Part shown: positions 13,268 to 26,957 of the stretch, piece by piece | Numbering within the stretch: the first letter of the stretch is position 1 | How the letters are laid out: every line of letters begins with the position of its first letter | From: Eledone cirrhosa | Taxonomy: Eukaryota | NCBI GenBank assembly: GCA_964016885.1 | Contig: OZ024743.1 | Coordinates: 235,848,001-235,912,000 of the forward strand | Length of the DNA: 64,000 nucleotides | Reading direction: 5' to 3' | Program-made: the position numbers and the translations under genes | The notes under the pieces: model-generated | What the model was told of the DNA's origin: nothing | Database searches by the model: none | Seen by the model: the letters and a program-made list of their open reading frames with translations, nothing else

Positions 13268-14073
13268 TATATATATATATCTATATATATATATCTATAT
13301 ATATATCTATATATATATATCTATATATATATATATATCTATATATATATATATCTATATATATCTATATATATATATATATCTATATATATCTATATAT
13401 CTATATATATCTATATATCTATATATATCTATATATATCTATATATATATATATATATCTATATATATCTATATATCTATATATATCTATATATATATAT
13501 ATATATCTATATATATCTATATATATATATATATATCTATATATATATATATATCTATATATATATATCTATATATATCTATATATCTATATATATATAT
13601 ATATATCTATATATATCTATATATATCTATATATATATATCTATATATATCTATATATATCTATATATATCTATATATATCTATATATATCTATATATAT
13701 CTATATATATCTATATATATATATCTATATATATCTATATATATCTATCTATATATATCTATATATATCTATCTATATCTATCTATATATATATATCTAT
13801 ATATATCTATATATATATATATCTATATATATCTATATCTATATATATCTATATATATATATCTATCTATATCTATATATCTATCTATATCTATCTATAT
13901 ATATCTATCTATATCTATCTATATATATCTATATATATCTATATATCTATATATATATATATATCTATATATATATATATATCTATATATATATATATAT
14001 CTATATATATATATATATCTATATATATCTATCTATATATATCTATCTATATATATATCTATATATATATATA

Positions 14074-14114
<41 letters not shown>

Positions 14115-14286
14115 ATATATATATATATCTATATCTATATATATCTATATCTATATCTATATATATCTATATCTATATATATCTATATCTATATATATCT
14201 ATATCTATATATATCTATATCTATATATATCTATATCTATATATATCTATATCTATATATATCTATATCTATATATATCTATATCT

Positions 14287-14317
<31 letters not shown>

Positions 14318-14401
14318 TATCTATATATATATCTATCTATATATATATATATATATATCTATCTATATATATATCTATATATATATCTATCTATATATAT
14401 A

Positions 14402-14476
<75 letters not shown>

Positions 14477-16107
14477 ATATATATATATATCTATATCTAT
14501 ATATATATATCTATATATATATATCTATATATATATATCTATATATATATATCTATATATATATATCTATATATATACATATATCTCTATATATACATAT
14601 CTCTATATATATATATCTATATATATACATATCTCTATATATATATATCTCTATATATACATATCTCTATATATACATATCTCTATATATACATATCTAT
14701 ATATATACATATCTATATATATATATATCTCTATATATATATATATCTCTATATATATATATATCTCTATATATATACATATCTCTATATATATACATAT
14801 CTCTATATATATACATATCTCTATATATATACATATCTCTATATATATACATATCTCTATATATATACATATCTCTATATATATACATATCTCTATATAT
14901 ATACATATCTCTATATATATACATATCTCTATATATATACATATCTCTATATATATACATATCTCTATATATATACATATCTCTATATATATACATATCT
15001 CTATATATATACATATCTCTATATATATACATATCTCTATATATATATATCTCTATATATATATATCTCTATATATATATATCTCTATATATACATATAT
15101 CTATATATATATCTATATATATACATATCTCTATATATATATATCTATATATATACATATCTCTCTATATATATATATACATATCTCTATATATATATAT
15201 ACATATCTCTATATATATATATACATATCTCTATATATATATATACATATCTCTATATATATATATACATATCTCTATATATATATATATATATACATAT
15301 CTCTATATATATATATATACATATCTCTCTATATATATATATACATATCTCTCTATATATATATATACATATCTCTCTATATATATATATACATCTCTAT
15401 ATATATATACATATCTATATATATCTATATACATATATATATATATATACATATCTATATATATACATATCTATATATATACATATCTATATATATACAT
15501 ATCTATATATATACATATCTATATATATACATATCTATATATATACATATCTATATATATACATATCTATATATATACATATCTATATATATACATATCT
15601 ATATATATACATATCTATATATATACATATCTATATATATACATATCTATATATATATATACATATCTATATATATACATATCTATATATATACATATCT
15701 ATATATATACATATCTATATATCTATATATCTATATATCTATATATCTATATATACATATATCTATATATATATACATATATCTATATATATATACATAT
15801 ATCTATATATATATACATATATCTATATATATATACATATATCTATATATATATACATATATCTATATATATATACATATATCTATATATATATACATAT
15901 ATCTATATATATATACATATATCTATATATATATACATATATCTATATATATATACATATATCTATATATATATACATATATCTATATATATATACATAT
16001 ATCTATATCTATATACATATCTATATATATATCTATATACATATCTATATACATATCTATATATATATATATATATACATATCTATATATATATATATAT
16101 ATACATA

Positions 16108-16144
<37 letters not shown>

Positions 16145-16159
16145 ATATATCTATATATC

Positions 16160-16192
<33 letters not shown>

Positions 16193-16252
16193 GTATATAC
16201 ACATATATATGTATATACACATATATATGTATATACACATATATATATATAT
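13268..16252. repeat. 3-kb complex (TA)n-derived array
   Basis: Blocks of TATC, TACATATCTC and TACATATC units. Confidence 0.97.
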
Positions 16253-16266
16253 AAACCCATGCCAAG

Positions 16267-17371
16267 GTGGTCAACTTCTTGGATGTTACCTTCAACCTTA
16301 ATAACGGTAATATAGAGCCATTTCACAAACTTAATGAAAATCTTAAGTATGTTAATGTAAAATCGAACCATCCTCATTCCATTATTATATCTATCCCTAA
16401 AAATATATCCATAAGGATCTCCCGACTGTCGTCTAATTTGCAAACCTTCAACGAGCATGCTGAATATTATAATGACGCACTTAGAAAAGCTGGTTACTGC
16501 GAGAAAATTGAATATCTAGACGATAACCACATAAGTACTAGGAATAAAACACATCTAAGTCGAACTAGTATTGCACCACACACACACATCAATAGGCATA
16601 CTAACAGGTGCAAACCAGCAAATAGAGTCAGACGTAGAGAGTACATATGGTATAACCCCGTGTACAATTCTTCTATTAGCACTAAGATTATCTCACAATT
16701 CTATACACTAATCAATAAACACTTTACAACTTCACATAAATACTATAAAATCTTTAACTCGCGCACCATTAGACTCTCATACTCCACTGCACCTAACATA
16801 GAACAACTAATTAGAAAACTCAACAATACTGAATAAGTACATCCCTAATGACTCAGCGCACCAGCATAGCAACATGCAACGCACTAACACGCAACCACAA
16901 CCCCACCAAACTATCCAGGATTCTACTGCAAAACATAAAAATAGTTGTAACTGCACCAAACCAGGTACGTGCCCACTGAATAACCAGTGCCTAGCACGCA
17001 ATATTGTCTACCGGTGTACAATAAATTCCGGGACCAACAAATGGTATTACGTCGGATGTACCGCAACTTCTTTCAAGGCTCGCCTATACCAACATCGATC
17101 TTCGATCAGGCACGAGAAAATGCGCTCCGTAACAACCCTCGCCGATAAAACCTGGCAGCTTCGGAGGAACAATCAAGCGTTCTCCCTTGATTGGCAAATT
17201 ATTGCAGCTGCGCCTGCATATCAGCAAAATCATCGATTCTGCAAGTTATGCAATTTAGAGATATACTGCATTTTAACGTCGGTAAACAAACTTTTGAACA
17301 GCAAAATTGAACGTTCTCTATACTGTAACCATCGTTTGAAAACGACTTTTTCTTTTTTTAAATGCATATAA
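16267..17371 (+). pseudogene. PLE RT C-terminus plus GIY-YIG endonuclease, one frameshift near 16826
   Basis: VNFLDVT, YVNVKSNHP, WYNP, LSYS; then CNC...CPL..QC, IVYRC...YVG, FKARLYQH, CKLC, LN..E...CNH. Confidence 0.88.
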
Positions 17372-17588
17372 TGTTACCTTTTTACACCAAGTTTGCAAAT
17401 TTCTGTCTTATATGTTTATACACTAGATATGGCTTTCTATAATAATAGTACTAAACACTGTTTTTCTGGACCCCTTTAGAAATAACCTGCTACTATAATA
17501 GCCCTAATAACTTGTCTGTGACATTGTACCACTTTGACCCCTCTAACTAACACACACACACACTTGTTGTGAAAGAGTCATTTCTCAA

Positions 17589-17817
17589 TCTTGGCGCAAA
17601 ACCAATTTTTTATCCACATGACCTCTACCGACCAATCAAAATTGTTTTGACCAAGAATTTTTGCTGGAGCCACTTTTTTTAACATAAAAACAGTCTTGGC
17701 GCAAAATTAACTTTTTACATTCACATGACCTCTACCGACCAATCAAAATTGTTTTGACCACAAGCATTTTTGCAACACAAAAATAACGCTGGAGCCACTT
17801 TTTTAACATAAAAACAG
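17589..17817 (+). repeat. Tandem ~105/124-bp duplication in the PLE 3' region, each unit with a CCAAT motif
   Basis: TCTTGGCGCAAAA...ACATGACCTCTACCGACCAATCAAAATTGTTTTGACCA...AACATAAAAACAG occurs twice. Confidence 0.85.
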
Positions 17818-18065
17818 GTAGAATTCCCAAAACTAATCAGATCAGAGCAAACAGCACGGACACTCTTTCTCAAAATTATTTTTGAAAAGCATTTAGAAAT
17901 GCGCAACCGGTAAAAACTTAAAAACTTAAAACCACAACTGAATACTAACCCATACAATCACTAATACTCTTTTATTCCTAATTAAACCATTTTTCAACTG
18001 TGAACAATTTGTCAGCATTTTCTATTCCGTTTACCAAGATATATATATATATATATATAGATATA

Positions 18066-20189
18066 TCATCATCATCGTTTAACGTCCATGTTCCACGCTT
18101 GCATGGGTTTGGACGGGAGTTTTCCCACTTGAGGCAAGAGTGGTTGTCATTGCTCGCATAGGACTGTCTGGCGGGTTTTCTACAGTTGGATGCCCTTCCT
18201 AACACCAACCACTTTTACCATGTTGCCTACACGGCCACATTACAGCGTGGACTGTCTGGCGGGTTTTCTACAGCTGGATGCTCTTCCTAACACCAACCAC
18301 ATTTACAGTGTGGGGCTGGGAGGTTTTTACCGTGTTGCCTACACGGCCACATTACAGCGTGGATTGTGTGTTTTTTTGTCGTGACACCTACACGATCTCA
18401 TTTGTTTCGGCCTGGATGTTGTGGCACCAACATAACTTTACATTGAAAGGGGCAGGGGTGTATTTTGTTAGAGATGCCTACTGACTGTAGTAGGTTTTAC
18501 TTTGTATTTAGGTAAGGCGGGTCTTCTCTATTACTGAGTACCGCCATAGGTCTCGGTCCAGTGACATTGTCTTGGAGAGGTGTAAGTGTGTGAGGTTGGA
18601 ATTTATCAGCTCGTCCCAGGTTTTTCTGGGTCTGCCTACTCCGTGGCTACCGTATATCTTTATTGCCCTGCACTTTGTTATACAGCTATCGTCTTTCATG
18701 CGCATCACGTGACCATACCAACATAGCCTTCTCTCGAGTAAACAACATCTGATCCCTCTTGTTTCTAATTTTTTCCTTAGTTCGTTTATGCTTAGCCGTT
18801 CACGTATATTACTATTGCACATCCAGCGGAGCATGCAAGCTTCGTTCCTCTCTAGTCTGCGTATATCCTCTGCACACAATGCCCAGGTCTCACTGCCATG
18901 CAACATTGCTGTTCGTATGCAGGCATCATACAACCTGCCTTTCATTTTTAGGGAGAACCCTTTAGCGGCTAATAGTGGTATAAGCTCTCTGAACTTTTTC
19001 CATCCAGTTCTGACTCTAGCTACTGTACTTTCAGAGCACCCTCCCCCCACTGCTGATTTTGTCACCCAGGTAACGGAAGCTGTCCACTATTTCTATAGAA
19101 CCCTCTGCGCAGTTGAAGGAGCTAGTATTCTGTGGGCACTTGCTGCTACTTATTGCACCAGAGCACCGGCCACATGTGAAATCTATGTTCTTAGTTAGCT
19201 TACCTGTGATCCCACTACATCTTTTATGCACCCATATTTTGCATTTGGGACATAAAATGGAGTTTCTACCTACGCCTTTCCTACACACTGAGCATGGCCA
19301 CTTCCCGGAAGGGACCGCCGCCTTATTTTCTTTCTTACAAACTAGAACTTTAGTCTTAGCCAGGTTAATTTTAAGGCCTTTTGATTCTAGGCTGTGCTTC
19401 CATGTTTGGAATTTCTTCTCTAGCTTGGCCATTGATTCAGCTATGAGTGTTAGGTCGTCTGCGTATAGGAGTTCCCATGGGCAGCCGGTCTTGAACTCCT
19501 CTGTTATAGCCTGAAGGGAAATAATAAATAGTAGGGGGCTAAGAACAGAGCCCTGATGGACACCAACTTTTACGCTAAACTCTTCACTATATTCGTTAAT
19601 TCTAACCTTGCTGACTGTTTCTTTATACAACATGGCTTGTATAGCTCTCACAAGCCATTCGTCAACACCTAGTTTTCTAAGAGCCCACCAGATAATGGAA
19701 TGGGGGACTCTGTCGAAGGCTTTCTCCAAGTCGACAAAAGCTAAGTATAGGGGTTTACTTTTAGCTAGGTACTTCTCCTGTAGTTGTCGTACAATGAAAA
19801 GAGCGTCTGTGGTACTTTTGCCTGACACAAACCCGAGCTGCATTTCATCTAGATCAATTCTCTCTCTGATTAGTTGCGCTATTACTTTTTCCGTGACCTT
19901 CATGACCTGGTCGATTAATTTAATGCCTCTATAGTTACTCCTATCTAGGGCATCTCCTTTACCCTTATAACAGTTAACGATGATGCTGCTACGCCAGTCC
20001 TTCGGAACAACCCCATTCTGTACGACTTGGTTAACTATCCGGGTGACCATGGTGTGTCCCACCATTCCAGATGCCTTCAGCATCTCAGCAACTATTTCCA
20101 AAGGCCCAGCCGCCTTACCCGTCTTCATATCTTTGATTGCCTTACTTATTATACTACCGTCGACTAACACTGCTGGTCCCTCTATTAGG

Positions 20190-20193
<4 letters not shown>
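18066..20193 (-). mobile_element. RTE LINE family B, 5'-truncated and frameshifted
   Basis: ORFs 19031-20170 (NYRGIKL, FVDLEKAFD, QGSVLSP, YADD) and 18508-19065; internal UTR duplication at about 18160-18360; (CAT)n tail. Confidence 0.95.
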
Positions 20194-20229
<36 letters not shown>

Positions 20230-20439
20230 TATATATATATAGAGAGAGAGACAGGGGGTAAAAATGGGAGCAGCATGAAAGTATATTTATAATCCAACAA
20301 AGTGATTATTGAAAACAAGAGAAAACATTTTTAAAAAAAAAGTTTTCATAAAATATATTTAAAAAATTACCAGTTTCGATGTTATCTATCTTACCAAATA
20401 TTAAAAGTTAAAAATTAAAAATCAGGAGTTGAAGAAGGT

Positions 20440-20655
20440 CTGCTCGTGTGTGAGGACACGTGATGTTGTGCAAGTGAAACGCAATGGCTGATACAGCTTG
20501 GCACCAGTGACGTCACAACTTATATATATAGCTGAGCGAATTAGAGCAACTTGAAGTAAAGTGTCTTACTCAAGGACACAACAGATCAGCCGTTCCAGGA
20601 TTCAAACTGACAACCTTACGATTGTAAGCTCGACACACTACCCACTAAGCCATGT
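20440..20655 (-). mobile_element. CORE-like SINE
   Basis: Homologous to 2740-2945. Confidence 0.75.
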
Positions 20656-20766
20656 GATGGTGATGATGGTGGTGATGATGACTGTGGTGGTGATGATGGT
20701 GATAGTGATGAAGACAATGATGATGGTGATGATTGTGATGATAATGATGGTGGTGATGGTGATGAC
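20655..20766. repeat. (GAT/GGT)n trinucleotide tract
   Basis: Visible. Confidence 0.9.
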
Positions 20767-20945
20767 TACCAAACCGTTTCCTGATATTTTACTGTTTTAC
20801 TAGAAAGAAATAGTTTATGCTGTGATGTATAATAAAGAGAGTTTATCACACCAGATGTAATTCTATCCAGAAAACAGTGAACTACTTCAATCAACCAATG
20901 TCAGATAGAAAACCTACTCTCATATAATCAGAGTACAATATGTCA

Positions 20946-21085
20946 TATCATCATCATTGTTTAATGTCCATTTTCCACGCTAGCATGGGTTTGACGGGTT
21001 GTCCCATTAGAGGCAAGTTGGGTCAAGTGACCATGTCTTGCTCATATAGAATTGTTTTTAGTTAGATTTCTATGGCTGGCTGCCT
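20946..21085 (-). mobile_element. Degraded RTE-type 3' tail
   Basis: (CAT)n, TTCCACGCTAGCATGGGTTT, TTCTATGGCTGG. Confidence 0.7.
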
Positions 21086-21168
21086 TTTGTTGTGATATTG
21101 TTCATCCTATGGCATAGGGAATACTTGTACCAGATGTCACACAGTGGGACTGAACCCAATCTCTTTAA

Positions 21169-21382
21169 CCCTTTAGCATTTAAACCAGCCATATCTGGCC
21201 AGAATTCTCTCACCTCTTTCTGTTCAAACTGGCTGTAACTGGCCACTCATACTGATGTTAAGGTATTGTTCTCAAAATAAATAATATCAAAATCTCATAG
21301 GTTTGATATTATGTGAGATAATTATGTGAGATAAAGCCTTTACTGTGAAAATACAATAGTATATATAGAGTAATGTAAATGC
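21169..21382. mobile_element. piggyBac-type MITE, right TIR truncated
   Basis: Starts TTAA-CCCTTTAGCATTTA; same family as 5834 (opposite orientation) and 58000. Confidence 0.85.
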
Positions 21383-21659
21383 ACACAGCAATGCCTTCAC
21401 TTTATATTTATTGTGCTCAGGGATTTATGTGTCAAGGGTCAGTGGCAGTTATTTAAAGATAGAATAGGCAGAAAGTGGTATTACTAGAAATACCAACCAA
21501 ATTTTCAAATCACACTCTAAAAAGCAGGACACATTAGATAACATAGCTCTAGATACATTAGACCTAAACAAAATGATGAGAAAATCATGACTGGAATAAC
21601 TTTAATAAGATTTCTATTACAAGGCTGACCTGGGATTATAAACAACAAGCATAGCACAT

Positions 21660-22125
21660 AATAGCTTCTTCTTCCACTTATTATTCGTGGGTGGAGAGTC
21701 CTCAAACACTCCTGCCCCCCAGGTCCTGCCAGAGTAACCATTTCCAACTGATCAGGCTGGACCCCCAAGTGTGTCCAGCCAAGTTCATGGATGTTATCCA
21801 ACCATCTTGCTTGGGGTCTACCCCTATGTCTCCTGCCAGTTAATTTAGCCTGTAAAATCTGTCCAGCGATTCTTTCCTGAGACATTCTAACCACATGTCC
21901 ATAGCATAGGAGCTGTGATCTCTCAATTTGGAGAAGTAATGACTCTACCTGGAGTGACTCTCTGGTCTCTAAGCTACGCACACTATCGCATGAAGTTACT
22001 CCAAGGACCTTCTGAGGAAGCTCTAACTAACCACATGTCTATAGTATCAGAGCTGTTGTGATTTCTCAATTCAGAGAAGTAGCAGCGCTACTTGCAGTGA
22101 CTCCAAGCTACAAACTATCATGTAA
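21660..22125 (-). mobile_element. Old RTE family D (Expander/Rex3-like) 3' fragment with partial local duplication
   Basis: VESLLLQIERSQL..YGHVVRM..ER......GRRHRGRPQARWLD; 22028-22120 repeats part of 21888-21990. Confidence 0.75.
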
Positions 22126-23794
22126 TGGTACATAAAAGCTAGTAGATGAAAATCTATTTATATCTGCTGTCATCTTGCCTGTTATAAGATATTGTTATTA
22201 AGGACAAATGACAAAGACATCCTGTCCAAATTATAAAGTAGTTTGGTCACTGATTATAAAACAGCTTAAAACATTATTATGAAACTAATTTTCAGCCGTT
22301 AATCTAACGAAAGACATCCAGACAATCAGTTGTTCTTTTTCTCACGCGAATAAAAAATTTATAACAATCTGGAGTTTTAATAACAAAATAACACACATCT
22401 TTCTCTCTCTATATATATAACAGAACAAAAAACACTAAACTATTGAATAAATCTATTTTTGGAGAGAAAAGTTCTTCTATCTAAGAATACTAAAGTGTTA
22501 AGTGATAATATCTAAGTAACTAGGCAGGACGACAGTTTGGTATATAATTATTGTGATGGCAAATATCCATTAGAGGACGGATAATATCAATAAGAGATTC
22601 TAGAGTTAACAGTTTGAGTAAATCAAAGAGAGAGCCACAGCAGTGACATGTTATGGCAGTAAGTGATAAATGGTAAGTGATTGTGTCATAGTATAATGGT
22701 GTGGTGTGGTGGTTGTGTCATAGTGTAATGGTGTGGTGGTTGTGTCATAGTGTAATGTTGTGGTGTGGTGGTTGTGTCATAGTATAATGGTGTGGTGTAG
22801 TGGTTGTGTCATAGTGTAATGTTGTGGTGTGGTGGTTGTGTCATAGTGTAATGTTGTGGTGTGGTGGTTGTGTCATAGTATAATGGAGTGGTGTGGTGGT
22901 TGTGTCATAGTATAATGGTGTGGTGTGGTGGTTATGTCATAGTATAATGGTGAATGGTGGTTGTGTCATAGTATAATGGTGTGGTGGTTATGTCATAGTA
23001 TAATGGTGTGGTGGTTATGTCATAGTATAATGGTGTGATGGTTATGTCATAGTATAATGGTGTGGTGTGGTGGTTGTGTCATAGTATAATGGTGTGGTGT
23101 GGTGGTTATGTCATAGTATAATGGTGTGGTGGTTGTGTCATAGTATAATGGTGTGGTGGTTGTGTCATAGTATAATGGTGTGATGGTTATGTAATAGTAT
23201 AATGGTGTGGTGTGGTGGTTGTGTCATAGTATAATGGTGTGGTGGTTGTGTCATAGTATAATGGTGTGGTGTGGTGGTTGTGTCATAGTGTAATGTTGTG
23301 GTGGTTGTGTCATAGTATAAGTGTGTGGTGTGGTGGTTGTGTCATAGTATAATGGTGTGGTGGTTATGTCATAGTATAATGGTGTGGTGGTTGTGTCATA
23401 GTGTAATGTTGTGGTGGTTGTGTCATAATATAATGGTGTGGTGTAGTGGCTGTGTCATAGTGTAATGTGGTGTGGTGGTTGTGTCCTAGTATAATGGTGT
23501 GGTGTGGTGGTTGTGTCATAGTATAATGGTGTGGTGGTTATATCATAGTATAATGATGTGGTGTGGTGGTTGTGTCATAGTATAATGGTGTGGTGTGGTG
23601 GTTGTGTCATAGTATAATTGTGTGGTGTGGTGGTTATGTCATAGCATAATGGTGTGGTGGTTATGTCATAGTATAATGGTGTGGTGGTTATGTCATAGTA
23701 TAATGGTGTGGTGTGGTGGTTGTGTCATAGTATAATGGTATGGTGTGGTGGTTGTGTCATAGTATAATGGTGTGGTGTGGTGGTTATATCATAG

Positions 23795-24312
23795 TGTAGT
23801 GAACTATATTCCGCGGGCTCACATTCTCTGTGCATGATTTGGCTCAGCTCAGCCAATGAGCGCCAGTAGAAGAGGATGTATCCCTATGCGTTCTGAGGGA
23901 GAAATAGCCCGCAAAGATTTGAGGATGCCACAACTTCCAGGCTAGACCACTTCCAGGCTTGACCATGCTAAGTAAACACCGCTTGTTCTTTTGCTCCGCC
24001 AGCGCAAACAATATGTAACGACAAAACATTCCTACGGAGCTGGCTAAACGCCTTCAGCCAGTTGACCGTATTTTCTCTTGTAATCTTAATTGAATTATTT
24101 CATTTCTCTCGGCATGCCAACTGAACTCACTTCTTAACTTCTGTTAATAAATAATGTAAAACCAAGCAAAAGTCGTTTTCGATATTCCTATCATATCTTT
24201 CTACCAAACCTGGTTCCTCGTGGCAACATTACAACTTCTGAAATATACTTCTCCGCTAAATTGGAATTTACATTTTCAACCAAATTGGTGACAACATATC
24301 TCTTACACCAAA
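23795..24312 (+). mobile_element. Solo LTR copy 1 (518 bp)
   Basis: TGTAGTG...TTACACCAAA, homologous to both LTRs of 26958-29402; contains CCAAT and AATAAA motifs. Confidence 0.85.
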
Positions 24313-25456
24313 ATACTATAATGGTGTGGTGGTTGTGTCATAGTATAATGGTGTGGTGTGGTGGTTGTGTCATAGTATAATGGTGTGGTGTGGTGGTTAT
24401 GCCATAGAATAATGGTGTGGTGGTTGTGTCATAGTATAATGGTGTGGTGTGGTATCATAGTATAATGGTGTGGTGTGGTGGTTGTGTCATAGTATAATGG
24501 CGTGGTGTGGTGGTTGTGTCATAGTATAATGGTGTGGTGTGGTGGTTATGTCATAGTATAATGGTGTGGTGGTTGTGTCATCGTTTAATGGTGAGGTGTG
24601 GTGGTTGTGTCAGTGTAATGTTGTGGTGGTTGTGTCATAGTATAATGGTGTGGTGGTTGTGTCATAGTGTAATGTTGTGGTGTGGTGGTTGTATCATAGT
24701 ATAATGTTGTGGTGTGGTGGTTGTGTCATAGTATAATGGTGTGGTGTGGTGGTTATGTCATAGTATAATGGTGTGGTGGTTGTGTCATAGTATAATGGTG
24801 TGGTGGTTATGTCATAGTATAATGGTGTGGTGGTTATGTCATAGTATAATGGTGTGGTGGTTATGTCATAGTATAATGGTGTGATGGTTATGTCATAGTA
24901 TAATGGTGTGGTGTGGTGGTTGTGTCATAGTATAATAGTGTTGTGGTTGTGTCATAGTATAATGGTGTGATGGTTGTGTCATAGTATAATGGTGTGGTGT
25001 GGTGGTTGTGTCATAGTATAATAGTGTGGTGGTTGTGTCATAGTGTAATGGTGTGGTGGTTGTGTCATAGTGTAATGTTGTGGTGGTTGTGTCATAGTAT
25101 AAGTGTGTGGTGTGGTGGTTGTGTCATAGTATAATGGTGTGGTGGTTATGTCATAGTATAATGGTGTGGTGGTTGTGTCATAGTATAATGGTGTGGTGGT
25201 TGTGTCATAATATAATGGTGTGGTGTAGTGGCTGTGTCATAGTGTAATGTTGTGGTGTGGTGGTTGTGTCATAGTATAATGGTGTGGTGTGGTGGTTGTG
25301 TCATAGTATAATGGTGTGGTGGTTGTGTCATAGTATAATGGTGTGGTGTGGTGGTTGTGTCATAGTATAATGGTGTGGTGGTTGTGTCATAGTATAATGG
25401 TGTGGTGTGGTGGTTGTGTCATAGTATAATGGTGTGGTGTGGTGGTTATATCATAG

Positions 25457-25974
25457 TGTAGTGAACTATATTCCGCGGGCTCACATTCTCTGTGCGTGAT
25501 TTGGCTCAGCTCAGCCAATGAGCGCCAGTAGAAGAGGATGTATCCCTATGCGTTCTGAGGGAGAAATAGCCCGCAAAGATTTGAGGACGCCACAACTTCC
25601 AGGCTAGACCACTTCCAGGCTTGACCATGCTAAGTAAACACCGCTTGTTCTTTTGCTCCGCCAGCGCAAACAATATGTAACGACAAAACATTCCTACGGA
25701 GCTGGCTAAACGCCTTCAGCCAGTTGACCGTATTTTCTCTTGTAATCTTAATTGAATTATTTCATTTCTCTCGGCATGCCAACTGAACTCACTTCTTAAC
25801 TTCTGTTAATAAATAATGTAAAACCAAGCAAAAGTCGTTTTCGATATTCCTATCATATCTTTCTACTAAACCTGGTTCCTCGTGGCAACATTACAACTTC
25901 TGAAATATACTTCTCCGCTAAATTGGAATTTACATTTTCAACCAAATTGGTGACAACATATCTCTTACACCAAA
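25457..25974 (+). mobile_element. Solo LTR copy 2 (518 bp)
   Basis: Near-identical to copy 1, 1662 bp downstream, with the same flanks. Confidence 0.85.
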
Positions 25975-26957
25975 ATACTATAATGGTGTGGTGGTTGTGT
26001 CATAGTATAATGGTGTGGTGTGGTGGTTGTGTCATAGTATAATGGTGTGGTGTGGTGGTTATGTCATAGTATAATGGTGTGGAGTGGTGGTTGTGTCAGA
26101 GTATAATGGTGTGGTGTGGTGGTTATGTCATAGTATTGTGGTGTGGTGGTTGTGTCATAGTGTAATGTTGTGGTGTGGTGGTTGTGTCATAGTATAATGG
26201 TGTGGTGGTTATGTCATAGTATAATGGTGTGGTGGTTGTGTCATAGTATAATGGTGTGGGGTGGTGGTTATGTCATAGTATAATGGTGTGGTGTGGTGGT
26301 TGTGTCATAGTATAATGGTGTGGTGGTTATGCCATAGAATAATGGTGTGGTGGTTGTGTCATAGTATAATGGTGTGGTGGTTGTGTCATAGCATAATGGT
26401 GTGGTGGTTGTGTCATAGTATAATGGTGTGGTGTGGTGGTTATGTCATAGTATAATGGTGTGGTGGTTGTGTCATAGTATAATGGTGTGGTGTGGTGGTT
26501 GTGTCATAGTATAATGGTGTGGTGTAGTGGTTGTGTCATAGTGTAATGTTGTGGTGTGGTGGTTGTGTCATAGTATAATGGTGTGGTGGTTGTGTCATAG
26601 TATAATGGTGTGTTGTGGTGGTTGTGTCATAGTATAATGGTGTGGTGGTTGTGTCATAGTATAATGGTGTGTTGTGGTGGTTGTGTCATAGTATAATGGT
26701 GTGGTGGTTGTGTCATAGTACAATGGTGTGGTGGTTGTCATAGTATAATGGTGTGGTGGTTGTGTCATAGTATAATGGTGTGGTGGTTGTGTCATAGTAT
26801 AATGGTGTGATGGGGTGGTCGTGTCATAGTATAATGGTGTGGTGTGGTGGTCGTGTCATAGTATAATGGTGTGGTGTGGTGGTTATGTCATAGTATAATG
26901 GTGTGGTGTGGTGGTTGTGTCATAGTATAATGGTGTGGTGTGGTGGTTATATCATAG

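Larger units (their letters stand above)
16263..18040 (+). mobile_element. Penelope-like element, probably Naiad-type, 5'-truncated
   Basis: RT C-terminus followed by a GIY-YIG nuclease and ~670 bp of 3' non-coding sequence ending at (TA)n. Confidence 0.88.

Noticed and set aside
12993-16301. Very long ORFs (up to 1102 aa) rich in Y/I/H/S, also at 6871, 38943, 53146 and 55539
   Set aside because: They are translations of (TA)n-derived arrays, which lack stop codons.
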